Part shown: positions 37,477-51,000 of the stretch, in pieces | Numbering within the stretch: the first letter of the stretch is position 1 | How the letters are laid out: the number at the start of each line of letters is the position of its first letter | From: Octopus bimaculoides | Taxonomy: Eukaryota | Length of the DNA: 64,000 nucleotides | NCBI RefSeq assembly: GCF_001194135.2 | Contig: NC_068986.1 | Span: forward strand, 115,033,039 to 115,097,038 | Reading direction: 5' to 3' | The notes under the pieces: model-generated | Told to the model about the DNA's origin: nothing | Databases searched by the model: none | Seen by the model: the letters and a program-made list of their open reading frames with translations, nothing else | Position numbers and translations under genes: made by a program

Positions 37477-40400
37477 CTGAAAGAGACAATGAGAATGGCT
37501 GTTACTGGAACGATGAGAGTGATGAGGGTGTTGATGTTGTTGTTGTTGTTGTTGCTGTTGGAACTGGCGGAAGATTTATCTGAAAATATTCAAATAAAAA
37601 CACGCACGTGATTAATTGAAAGAAGACAAAGTAAATCAATGCAACGATTTCTTAACGAGGCATCAATTGAATCTGAGTTTGTGGAAAGGCACTGCATGTA
37701 GAGTGGAGTATCTTGCTGAAGGTTGTAACTTAGAGAGCTTTTCCAGTTTGCAACAACTGGGAGAGGTTACACACAGAAGTTACATGCAGTGGAGATTACA
37801 TGCAGTGGAGATTATATGCAGTAGAGGTTACATGCAGTGGAGATTATATGCAGTGGAGATTATATGCAGTAGAGGTTACATGCAGTGGAGATTACATGGA
37901 ATGGAGATTACATGCAGTGGAGGTTACATGCAGTGGAGATTACATGGAATGGAGATTACATGCAGTGGAGGTTACATGCAGTGGAGATTATAAACACTGG
38001 AGATTACAGAGAGTGGAAATTACATGCAGTGGAGATTATATGCAGTGGAGATTACATGCAGTGGAGATTATATGTAGTGGAGGTTACATGCAGTGGAGAT
38101 TACATGGAATGGAGATTACATGCAGTGGAGATTACATGGAATGGAGATTACATGCAGTGGAGATTACATGCAGTGGAGGTTACATGCAGTGGAGATTACA
38201 GAGAGTGGAAATTACATGCAGTGGAGATTACAGAGAGTGGAAATTACATGCAGTGGAGATTATAAGCATTGAAGATTATATGCAGTGGAGATTATAAGCA
38301 TTAGAGGTGATATGCAGTGGAGATTATAAGCATTGGAGATTAAATGCAGTGGAAATCATATGCAGTGGAAATCATATGCAGTGGAGATTACACAGAGTTG
38401 GGGTTGAATACGATGGAGGTTACATGCAGTGGAGGTTGAACACAGAAACGCTGAATAAAAATTGTTTGAAATTGCAGTTTTAAATGTTTTCACTTCAATC
38501 AAATTATTAGTAGTCAAGTCATAGAAATCAGGATGAACATCAGAGCTTCCCACTTCCATCCCTTAAAATATCAGACTTCATTCTGTTTCAGAAACTCTCA
38601 GATCTACCTTTCTAAGTCATTCATCTCCAGAGCTTCAGCCCTTACATGACAGTTCTCTATCATATTTATTTCTCTGGAGATTCATTTAAACATGTCAAGC
38701 TAAGGAAGATCGCAGCCATCCATCCATACAGGTATCCATCCATACATCCTTTATGGCCATTCTCCCCCCCCCCACTTCCTTCCCCAGCTGAGAGGGCTTT
38801 GTCTTGCAGGTGCTAGTGCTGCATAAAATACACTTGTGCTGGTGCCACGTAAGATGCACTTGTGCCAGTGCCACATAAAAGCGCCCAGTACAATCTGTAA
38901 AGTGGTTGGAATTTGGAAGGGCATCCAGCTGCAGAAACCATGCCAAAACAGACAACTGGAGCCTGGAAAGCTCTCCGACCTGACCACCTCCTGGCAAACT
39001 GTCCAAACCATGCCAACATGGAAAATGGACATTAAACGATGATGATGATGATGATGATGATATCATCACCATTTAATGTCTGTTTTCCATGTTGGCATGG
39101 GCTGGAAGGTATGGTAGGAGCTGGAAAGCCTGACATGTTAGATGATGGTGATGGCGATGATGACAATGTTGATGGTAGTTGTTCCAGAGACCAGTTTGAG
39201 AAATATTGTTGTTTTCTTTAGGCCATCAGAGACATCCCAAAATGGGTGAAACGTTGAGTTTTAGTCTGAAACTCTTCTCTGCCCCACCCTCAATGTTCAT
39301 TGCTACCAAGTAAAGCGAGAAGGAGAATCGATAATGTACATACCTGCAGTAATTCCGGTGGCATATGATGTTGGTTTTTTATTGACCTTTTCTTTGATGA
39401 CTTCTGGAGGACCAACTGTGGTCAGTACAATGGGTATTTCCTTGGATACGATTGACTTGGCTGTTTTAGTTTCATTATCTGGCAAAGAAGAAACAAAGAA
39501 GTCAGTCCGGTGTGTGTGTGTGTGTGTGTGTGTGTGCTGATGTCCGTATGTCTTCATGTTGACACAACTCATGTCAAGATGTCGCTATTCCTTGTGATTA
39601 TGGTATGGTTTATGTCCTACAGAAAGAAAATTCTGATTGCTTGGTGGTTCATGTTAAATCACTGAATAAAAGGGATAGGTTTTGAACCTGAAATGACGTG
39701 GTTGCATGGGAAACTTCTTAAACCTCACAGCCATTTTAAAAATGACAACGATGACCACCCCCACCACCACTACCACAAATCCCTAAAATGAAAAGGATTT
39801 TTACTTACCCAGACAGACTGCACAACACTGTCCTTTACGGAAAGATGCCTGTTGACATTTCATGGGTGGACAATTCTGTGAGAAACAGTTGATACGTCCG
39901 TTTCGACACATACAGCTTTGGCAGGGACTCACACGCCATACTTCACCATGTTTGAATGATGTCTCGCCTCTACAATACTTCAAGTGAGGCTTACTGACCG
40001 ATGCCGGTTTGTCTGGGTATTGATCTGGTGAAGAAATAGACACAGAGTCAAGGACCTATGCAATAAATAAGTAACATCATGCACACACACACACACACAC
40101 TTTCTCAAGCCCTGGGACTCCTTAGTCTGGTTCCCCAGTTTCTATGGCCGATATGTGACTGAGATCACAACAATCCCTCTGGATGACAAGATGCTCTACT
40201 ATAGGGTTCAAGACCAACAATTTTTGAGGGGAGGGGAAAAGTCAATTACACTGACTCCATTATGTGACTGGTATTTTATTTCATTGACCCTAAAGGCATG
40301 AAAGGCCAAGTTGAGCTTGGCAGGATTTGAACCTAGAACGTAGAGAGCTGCAAGAAATGCTGCTTAGCATTTTGTCTTTGTTTGTAAGTATGTGTGTAAA

Positions 40401-42477
40401 AAGCACCCAGTTCACTCTGTAAAGTGGTTGGCATTAGGAAGGGCATCCAGCTGTAGAAACCAAGTTAAAACAGACAACTGGGACATGGTGCAGCTCTCCA
40501 GCCTTACCAGCTCCTGTCAAACTGTCCAACCCATGCCAGCATGGAAAATGGACATTAAATGACGCTGCTGCTGATGTATGTAACAAGTAAAAGCATAGAG
40601 GTATTGGGCATTACATTTAGTCGTCCCACTGAAGCAATGCTCCTTTCCAGCCAGTTTTTGCATCAGTATTGGCTAATTATTTACATTATTTACATTTGAC
40701 GGATATTTGTCCTCATCTTGTTTGTTGTTAACACAATGTTTCGGCTGATATACCCTCCAGCCTTCATCAGGTGTCTGGGGGAAATTTCAAACCTGGGTTC
40801 TCATTCCTAAGGTATATTGTTGTTCTTCTTATTACTATTACTATTATTATTATTCATGTCACTGCCTGGAATCGAAGTCGGAATCTTGGGGTTAGTAGCC
40901 CGCGCTCTTAACCTCTATGCCATATGCCCGTGGGCAATTATGGAGTGAATTTTAGGGCTTATAAATCTAATATTTTCCAATCCTTCTTTACTCATAATAA
41001 TAATAACATTGAAGAAATAGCTTAGGAATGAGAACCCAGGTTCTAAATTTCCCCAAGACACCTGATGAAGGCTGGAGGGTATATCAGCCAAAATATTGTG
41101 TTAACAACAAACATGATGAGGACAAATATCCGTCAAATGTAAATAATACAAATAATGTAAATAATGCAAATAATGTACATAATTCCTCATCTCTTAAATA
41201 TAGAACAACATTTCGTCTATCTTTACGTTCTGAGTTTGAATTCCATGGAGATTAACTTTGTCTTTCATCGCATTCGGGTTGATAAAACAAATAGCAATTG
41301 TGTACTGGTTCTTATTTATTGATTCCAATAGAAAAAAAGCAGGCAAATCTCTCTAAAGAACATATTAGTCAATGTAGTCCTGGATACACAATGTCTTGAC
41401 AAAATGATAGTTGGAAAATCTCTTTTGATTAATCTACATCGAACAGGCCTGATTGAGGGTCAAACCACAACTGCAAAGTTAATATGAATTGATGAAAGAA
41501 TTGAACTTACTTGGACAAAGTGGACAACACTGATCCGATTGTTGTATTGGATAATGACATAACTGTGGTGGACACTTCTCTGTTGTACACAATATGATAC
41601 CATAATGACATATGCAGCTGGTGCACTTGCCCAACTGCCACACCTCACCTTCAACATAATCGTTACCGTTGTTACCATGACATGTCCGCTGTTGAGTGGA
41701 GCCCTTAATTAGGAGAGTGTCAGTACCTGCAGGTAAATACAGAAAACAAGGATTTAATAAATTGATGTTGAAGGGAGTCAGAGAATGTTTGAGGAAAGAA
41801 AGACATGGGTATTTAATATACTGATGTTAAAGTGAGTTAAGGCCTCCAAGAAAATACAGACAGTAATGTTCTGCTTCAGATTGGAATCATTTTTTTTGTC
41901 CCTGACCCAGGAAAGATGACAGGTAGAACTAAATTTGGCAACATTTGAATTCAGAGCACAGACAGTCATGAAAACACCACAAGGTATTCCCAAGCAAACA
42001 TTCTAACAATTCTGCCATTTATGGTATATTGCGTAAAAGACTGACGACTAAATGGAGGAAGTTGGTTGTGGTGAAGGTAGAAAACGAAGGAAGAATTGGT
42101 AAGAAATAGCGATATCAGGTCTAAGAATGTTGGAGCCTTGCAAATCTATTATCAGGAAAAACAAAGTTAACACAGCAGCGAGAAAGATAGTGTTAGGTAA
42201 CACGGAACAGCCATTATGATGACGATGATGATGATGATGAAGATGGTGGTGGTGATGATGATGATGATGTTGAAGATGAAAATTTGTGAAATAGCAAACA
42301 TACACAGCTTTTTCAAAAGTTCTCTATCAAAATACTACGGTTTAATTGTTGTCTGTGTTTTGAGTTACAACAGAAAGACTTTGTTGTAGTTGATAGTCTG
42401 GCATGCGGTTTGTTGAAATTAGACTAACATGTGTGTACGTGTGTGTGTGTGTGTATGTGTGTGTGTGTGTGTGAGAA

Positions 42478-42508
<31 letters not shown>

Positions 42509-43510
42509 GAGATATGGAAAAGTTTGCTAGAATAGTTTTTGCATCTGACACAACTAGTTTGACATTGTCTCAATTCCTACAATGGAAGTGTTGTGTCTGA
42601 GAGACTGTTGGCTGCTCTGCCGGGTAAATGGTAAATAATAATGAGCAAGATTACGCAGCGCACACACTACAATCATATATACACTGATAAAGTATGCCTA
42701 GATACATATAGTACAAACATATACACTACACACACCTTTATATCTCTCATCATCATCCGCATTTAACATCCATTTTCCATGCTGATATGGGTTGGACAGT
42801 TTAACCAGAGATGGCCAGCTGGAGGGCTGCACCAGGTTCCAGTCTAATTTGGCTTGGTGTCTACAGCTGGATGCTCTTCCTAACACCAACCACATTACAG
42901 AGTGGCACTGGGTGCTTTTAATGTGCCACCAGCACAAGCGCTTTCGCATGGCACCAGCATGCGTGCTTTTTGCATGGCATTGGTACAAGACTCTTGGAAG
43001 CCAGTTCTCTTCACCAGGAGGAGTGACTTCAACACTTCTGCTGTGGAGGATGGGACTTCTTCAATACAGCAAGGCACCAGATAATCTGGTTCTTTGTCAT
43101 CTCATCTGAAAGGTTCAACATCCTGATGTCGTCCTTCAGTACTTCATCCCATATCTTTCTGGGTCTCCCTCTTCCACGAGTTCCATCCATTTTGAGAGAT
43201 TGGTACTTCTTTATGGAGCTGTCGGCATCATATGACCAAACCAGCACAGTCTTCTCTCTGGCACACAGCATACAATTCCCTTTATGCTTAACTTCTCTTC
43301 CAAAACACTAGCACTCTGTCAAACATGTACACTCACATTACACATCCGGCAGAGCATACTAACCTCATTCCTTTCTAACCTTTGCATGTCCTCTGCATTC
43401 AGGGCCCACATCTCACCACCCTGTAGAATTGCTGTCTCTATAAATGCATCATACAATCTTCCTTTTGTTTGGAGATAGAAACTTTTGGTTGCCCATAGAG
43501 ATAAAAGCTC

Positions 43511-43563
<53 letters not shown>

Positions 43564-46500
43564 GCACCCTTTTAAAGCCTAACCAGGCTCATGGGCCCAG
43601 TTTCCCGGTTTCAATGGTATATGTGTTCCCCAGTAGGACGGGACGCTAGTCCATCGCAGTGTTACTCATTTTTGCCAGCTGAATGGACTGGAGTAACGTG
43701 AAATGAAGTGTTTTGCTCAAGAACACAATGCGTCGCCCGGTCCAGGAATTGAAACCACAATCTTACGATCATAGTGCTGACACCCTAACCACTAAGCCAC
43801 GCACCTCCACATATATATATATTTACATTCCACGAAGAATGTAAATAATGAACATAATTCCTCATCTCTTAAATATAGAACTGTATTGCCCGTATAATAG
43901 TATAATACAGAATGTTGTGTGTGAGTTTTACCTGAGAATGTACCTTAAGAATGTAAAAATATAAAACAAAGCCATGTAGGCCTACAGGCCGACTTACGAC
44001 CATTCAGGCGGAACCAATTGTGGTTGTAAGTCAACGACGACTTGTACTGACGGGCTTCTTTCAGTTTCCGTCTACCAAATCAACTCACAAGGCTTTGGTT
44101 GAGCTGAGGCTATAGTAGAAGACGTTTGTCCATGCAGTAGGACTGAACCTAGAACCATGTGGTTGGGAAGCAAACTTCTTACCACACAGCCATGCCTACA
44201 TATCACAACACACACAGTCATAGCATAACCATAAATCTCTGGGCTTTGCCTTTTTTAAAGGTGTTACTTACCTGCGCATGATGGGCAGCAGTCCCCAGGT
44301 CGGAATATCGGGTTGTGACACTTTGGAATGTTACAGGTAATTAATGAGCAAAGTTCTTGTCCCTCCCTACAGTAGCACTCACGGCAACCATCATACCACA
44401 TGTCGCCATCTTTGTAATGTCTTCCATTGGACATGCAGCTGCTTGGTAACCATAGCGATGATGATGTTGGGGTCTGAAGGGTTGACGACTTTCTGTTATA
44501 TAACTCATCTGAAAGAACAAATAAAAATTCCTTGAAATATTCATGTTGTTAAGGTTTGACTGATTGGGGGGGGGGGAGGATAACATTAAATATTCTTTTC
44601 TTTTATCTTTTATTTTACTTGTTTCAGTCATTTGACTGTGGCCATGCTGGAGCACCATTTTTTAGTCGAGTAACTCGTCCCCAGGACTTATTCTTTGTAA
44701 GCCTAGTACTTATTCTATCGGTCTCCTTTTGCCGAACCACTAAGTTACGACAACAGATGGTTATAAACAACAACATGCCTCAGATTCACAGAGTCAGTAT
44801 TTATTTTCTATTTCCAGTGCTTGGAAGTGAAGTGTGTAGAGTGTGGACGTTGCATGTGCCTGGCGAGTGGCATCTGTGGGACCTGATTTTTGGAAAGAGG
44901 GATAAAATTGCAAGGAGCAAGGCCTGGGGAATGTTGTGTTTGGACAAAAATTGCTGCACAAGCTGTGCTGACTGGACAGGTGCATTGTTGTGGTGGAATT
45001 GCCACTCACTGGTTGCATGTGATCACGCTCTACACACTTCCAAGCACTTTTATAAACAATGGAAGGGAGCAAGAGTGTTAGAATCTAGTGTACCTGTGCG
45101 ACACGGTTCAGGATCGATCTGTGCCAAGCAGTTTCACTCTGAGTACTTTAGCTCAGTTACCATAGCAACAGTCTTGATACTTTTTGATCAGACCTCATAA
45201 ACACACAAACATATACACATGCGCACACATTACAAAGATAATATTTTTTTCTTTATTACCCACACGAGGCTAAGCATAGAGGTGATAAACAAGGACAGAC
45301 AAAGGGATTAAGTCAGTCAGATCGACCCCAGTGTGTAACTGGTACTTATTTAATTGACCCTGAAAGAATGAAAGGCAAAGTCGACCTCGGCAGAATTTGA
45401 ACTCAGAATGCAACGGCAGACGAAATGCTGCTAAGCATTTCACCCGGCATGCTAACGATTCTGCCACACTGCCTTAAATATTACAAGGATATAATATTAA
45501 ATGTGTTGACAACATATTCTTAGCAACAACATATCTCAAGACAGTATTTAACTTTCCACTTACCTACACACATACATAACTTGCAGCCCCTGCGGTTGGT
45601 TATAAAGCCGAAAGGACAACGCTTGGTGCAATGTATGTATGGACATGTGTGACATTTGCAACGAAGACAACCGTTTCTGGTGCGCTTGTAGCCGAACTTA
45701 CAGCGGCGCTTACATGAAGTGATGGCAGGACATTTAGAGGGAGCTGCGGCACATTTACAGGTCTGGCGGTTCTTTTCATCCACTTCGTAACCATATTTAC
45801 AGGAAATGGAACAATTGTCTGAGAATGAACAGAGATATTAATTAAATATAATAATTATAATATAGATGATATGGTAACAAGATAACGAGGACTAAAATAT
45901 ATGAAATGAATGAAAGGATGACAGATGGGGAAGGGCAATAAGGGAAATCAGTTTCTTTGTAAGATATTACAATAGGTTTAATTGAACTAGTATTACTGGT
46001 ACTTCTGACTCCAGCACTGATAAATGATTTGAATCAGAAAACAAAAGAACAAGATGCAATTCTATATGGTGCGATGGGTCACCGCTTTATATTTTTAATT
46101 TTGTGCATTGTTTGTTTTTGATTTTGTTGACTACACAGTATAGTAGGGTCAGTTGGGCACTATCTGTGAGAAAAACAGCACCATGACACAATTCACTTTG
46201 CCAGAAATTTGGAAACAACATGCTGTATTGCTTGCTTTACATTTCTAATATGAACAGATGGTGAACACAGAACAACCGTTGGCTTGCTGTGTCCCCAAAA
46301 CATGTACTGAGAGTGATAAAAATCAAACATCCAGTCAACATCATAGCATTTGGAGTGATCACTAGTGATGGTGACGTTATGCTTCCATTCACCTTCCCAC
46401 AAGGCCTCAGACTCAACACAGAGGCCTACATCAACTGCCTGGAGGAGTTAGTGCTGTCCTGAGTTGAGAGGCTGGCTGCTGGAAGATCCTATGTCTGACA

Positions 46501-48010
46501 ACAGGATTCTGCACCATGCCACACAAGCAGGAGAACCCAGTTATGGCTGTTAGACAATTTCTGCGACCACATCATCCCTAACATCTGGCTATATACGACA
46601 TGATCTGTGTCCTTATATGTTCAGCAACATTCGTCCTAAACCAAAACTGCCATGTTACGTTGGCAAATAATCTTTACTCAGGATAGTCTTCCATTGCACC
46701 ATTCCTGCCAAATTATCATCTTAATAAAGTAGAAGACCTTAAAATTATAGGAAGCTTACGGAACACATACCTGTGACCTTACCTCTGACATAAGTTACTG
46801 GTGAGGAATGGTAATAACCAGGAGTTAAAACTGGACCTTACAGACTTTGCTTGTCAGGAATTTATTGGCAAAGAACCAAAGAACCACCAGGTTTTTGTTT
46901 TTAATGATTCATATTTTTCTCTCTTTTGATTCTATTCGTGATTTAAGTATAAGTGTTATTGATTTTGATCCTTGGGTCGCCCTCCTAGAAAAGGTGCATA
47001 GCCAAGGGGTCAAGGTGTTGCATTCAGGGTTGTAGGATTGTGGTTTTGATTCACAGATCAGGCAAAACATTTGTTTCTCTTTGTTTAATCCTATTCAGCT
47101 GTAAATGAGCAAACCCTGTATTGGAATCACATCCTGTTCAGGGAAGAGGACGTTGTGATCTCAGCCCTTTATATGCCATGGAAACCAAGTAAGTAACTGT
47201 GAGGGGTCAAAGACAGTAACGTCCAGAGGTTGATGATAATGATGATGTTCCTGCTGCTGCTGATGAAGTTGAAGATGACGATGATGGTGGTGCTGATGAT
47301 GCTGATGTTGACGATGGTGGTGCTGATGATGCTGATGATGTTGATGATGAAGTTGAAGTTGATGATGACGATGATGGTGGTGCTGATGATGCTGATGTTG
47401 ACGATGGTGGTGCTGATGATGCTGATGATGTTGATGATGAAGTTGAAGTTGATGATGACGATGANNNNNNNNNNNNNNNNNNNNNNNNNNNNNNNNNNNN
47501 NNNNNNNNNNNNNNNNNNNNNNNNNNNNNNNNNNNNNNNNNNNNNNNNNNNNNNNNNNNNNNNNNNNNNNNNNNNNNNNNNNNNNNNNNNNNNNNNNNNN
47601 NNNNNNNNNNNNNNNNNNNNNNNNNNNNNNNNNNNNNNNNNNNNNNNNNNNNNNNNNNNNNNNNNNNNNNNNNNNNNNNNNNNNNNNNNNNNNNNNNNNN
47701 NNNNNNNNNNNNNNNNNNNNNNNNNNNNNNNNNNNNNNNNNNNNNNNNNNNNNNNNNNNNNNNNNNNNNNNNNNNNNNNNNNNNNNNNNNNNNNNNNNNN
47801 NNNNNNNNNNNNNNNNNNNNNNNNNNNNNNNNNNNNNNNNNNNNNNNNNNNNNNNNNNNNNNNNNNNNNNNNNNNNNNNNNNNNNNNNNNNNNNNNNNNN
47901 NNNNNNNNNNNNNNNNNNNNNNNNNNNNNNNNNNNNNNNNNNNNNNNNNNNNNNNNNNNNNNNNNNNNNNNNNNNNNNNNNNNNNNNNNNNNNNNNNNNN
48001 NNNNNACAAT

Positions 48011-48058
<48 letters not shown>

Positions 48059-51000
48059 GAATAAAGTTACAGATTGAATTTACCTGGCTTTCACACAGTT
48101 TTTACCAAATTTGCTCAAAAAGGCATCAATAACCAAAAGAACCAGTCAAGTGATTGGTTGATGTAATTAATTAACCCCACACACCAGCTGGCTTTGTTTC
48201 TAAATTAGAAACAGTTATCATTATCATCATCATTTAACGTCCGCTTTCCATGCTAGCATGGGTTGGACGATTTGACTGGGGACTGGCGAAGTGGATGGCT
48301 ACATCAGACTCCAATCTGATTTGGTAGAGTTTCTACAGCTGGATGCCCTTCCTAACGCCAACCACTCTGAGAGTGAGATGGGTGCTTTTTATGTGCCACC
48401 GGCACGAGGGCCAGTCTGGCAGTATTACAATTATAAGGCAGCGAGCTGGCAGAAATGTTGCTGATATGCTTAGTGGTATTTCGTCCATCCTTACTTTCTG
48501 AGTTCAAATTCTGCTGAGGTCGACTTTGCCTTTCATCCTTTTGGGGTCAATAAATTAAGTACCAGTTGCATACTGAGGTTGATCTACTTGACTGGCCCCC
48601 ACCCCAAAAATTTCAGGCCTTGTGCCTAGAGAAGAAAAGAATTAACCCCCCACATCCTTTCAAGGTTGATAAAATAAATACCAGTTTAATACCAGGAGTT
48701 AATCTAATCTACTTACCTCCTCCTCTGAACTTGCTGGTCTTGTGCCAAAATTTAAAATCATTATTATTATCATTTATTATCTTTGCACAGCTTCTAATGC
48801 TGGAGATGTACTACAGTGTCAGCCGTTAACTACCAGTGAACTAAGGTAACATCCCTTATTTTTCGAGCACCTTCCAGAGTATTCGAGCGGTTCCAAGCAG
48901 TGCTTTTTTTCTGCATGGGCTCCACCCTTATTGCAACCCTTATTTGTTCCATGTACTTCTCAAAAAAAAAAAAAAAAAAACGCAAAAAAAAGAAACAACT
49001 TGAAAATCCCGCCCAAATTATTATTAAGGTGACAGGCTGGCAGAACCATTAGCATGCTGGCAACAAGCTTAGCAGCATTCCATCCATTGTTTTTATATTC
49101 TGAGTTCAAATGCTGCGGGGTTTGGACTTTGCCTTTCATCCTTTTGGGGTTGAGAAAATAAGGACCAGTTGAGTACTGGGGTTGATATAATCAACTTACT
49201 CTCTCCTCTGAAATTGCTGGCCTTGTGCCAAAATTTGAAATCATCATCATCATCATCATCGATGATGACGATGATGATGGTGGTGATGATGGTGATGGTG
49301 ATGATGATGATGGTGATGATGATGATGGTGATGGTGATGATGATGGTGATGGTGGTGGTGGTGGTGATGATTTTTAATAATAAGGTTGCAAAATTTGGGA
49401 GGAGGAAGTTCCGTCACTGATATTGAACTCAGCATAAGACTGGTTGTTTATTTGACCAACTCTTGAAGGAAGAAAGGCAAAATGGACCTTAGTGTGGTTT
49501 GAACTCAGAATATAGAATTAGAAAAAAATACCACAAGGTATTTTGTTCAACACTCTGCTGATAGCAATAACAATAATAATACTAATAATAATAATAATGA
49601 GGGATAATAACGATAGATAATAGCGACTAATTCAGGGTTTTAATAAAGAAAAGAAAAAAACAACAACAAAAGAACAAAAACAAAGAGAAACAAACAAAAA
49701 ATACTTTGCAGGTAGGAAGAATGACAATAATGAGAACTTACTCTCACAGACTGGACAGCACTGTCCTGGGACACTTCGGCCATTTGGACAGCGAACGGAA
49801 CACATTTCGGTCTGACATTCTACAACACCATTATTACATTGACATGACAAACAACCTTCTTCTTTCCATTTCTCAGAATTCTTGTAAAGTCTGTCACCAT
49901 TCATACAACCTTCGGTGAGGAATAATTAAATAATTACATGTCAAATTAGAATTATTAATTTATTACTGACATTAGTCCCATGGTGGTAAATTACGGATGA
50001 AAGAACGTTACTTATTTTACTGACCCCAGGATGTTGAAAGTCACAGTTATTGAGATTTGAACTTGGGATACAAAATAAGGTAATCGAATAAAAATCCTTT
50101 CTGTTATAAGCACAAGGCCTGGATTTTGTGGTGAGGGGGATTGTCGATTACATTGACCCCAGTGATTCACTGGTACTTAATTTATCAACCCCAAAAGGAT
50201 GAAAGGCAAAGTTGACCTCAGCGGAATTTGAACTCAGAACATAGTGACGAGTGAAATACCATTAAGTATTACATCCAGTGTGCTAACGATTCTGCCAGCT
50301 CGCCAATTTAATCTAATCGAATAATGTCATCAGTCTTAGACACAAAGGGAAAAGAAACGGTCAGATATATCAACCCTAGTATATGTCGTGACACTCCGTC
50401 AGTTACGAGGACGAGGGTTCCAGTTGATCTGATCAACGGAACAGCCTGCTCGTGAAATTAATGTGCAAGTGGCTGAGCACTCCACAGACATGTGTACCCT
50501 TAACGTAGTTCTCAGGGAGATTCAGCATGACACATAGTGTGACAAGGTTGGCCCTTTGAAATACAGGTACAAGAGAAACAAGAAGAGTGAGAGAAAGTTG
50601 TGGTGAAAGAGTACAGCAGGGTTCACCACCACCTCCTGCCGGAGCCTCGTGGAGCTTTAGGTGTTTTCGTTCAATAAACACTCACAACGCCCGATCTGGG
50701 AATCAAAACTGCGATCCTATGACTGTGAGTCTGTTGTCCTAACCACTGGGCCATTATGTCTCCACAGTACATGTAAAGTGAAGAATCTTCCCAGTCATAT
50801 AGACTCATGATGGCTGGTCTCCTGGTTTCTATGATGTCCCCACCTGGATGGGACACCAGTCTGTTGCAGGAATACTCGGTTCTACCAGCTGAGTGAACTG
50901 GAGCAACATGAAATGAAGTGTTTTGCTCAAGAACACAACGCATCACCCAGTCCAGGAATTGAGACCACAATCTTACGATCACGAGTCCACCACCCTAACC

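Noticed and set aside
37780-38438. CRISPR-like array
   Set aside because: Head-to-tail 16-bp units without unique spacers, in a eukaryotic intron, with no cas genes.
40858-40929. Functional tRNA gene
   Set aside because: The acceptor and anticodon stems do not pair; treated as a SINE head. The same applies to the other tRNA-like heads.
49169-49420. Poly-M/V, poly-H, poly-I/Y and CV-repeat ORFs throughout the window
   Set aside because: Translations of (GAT)n, (TAA)n, (TA)n and (TG)n microsatellites.
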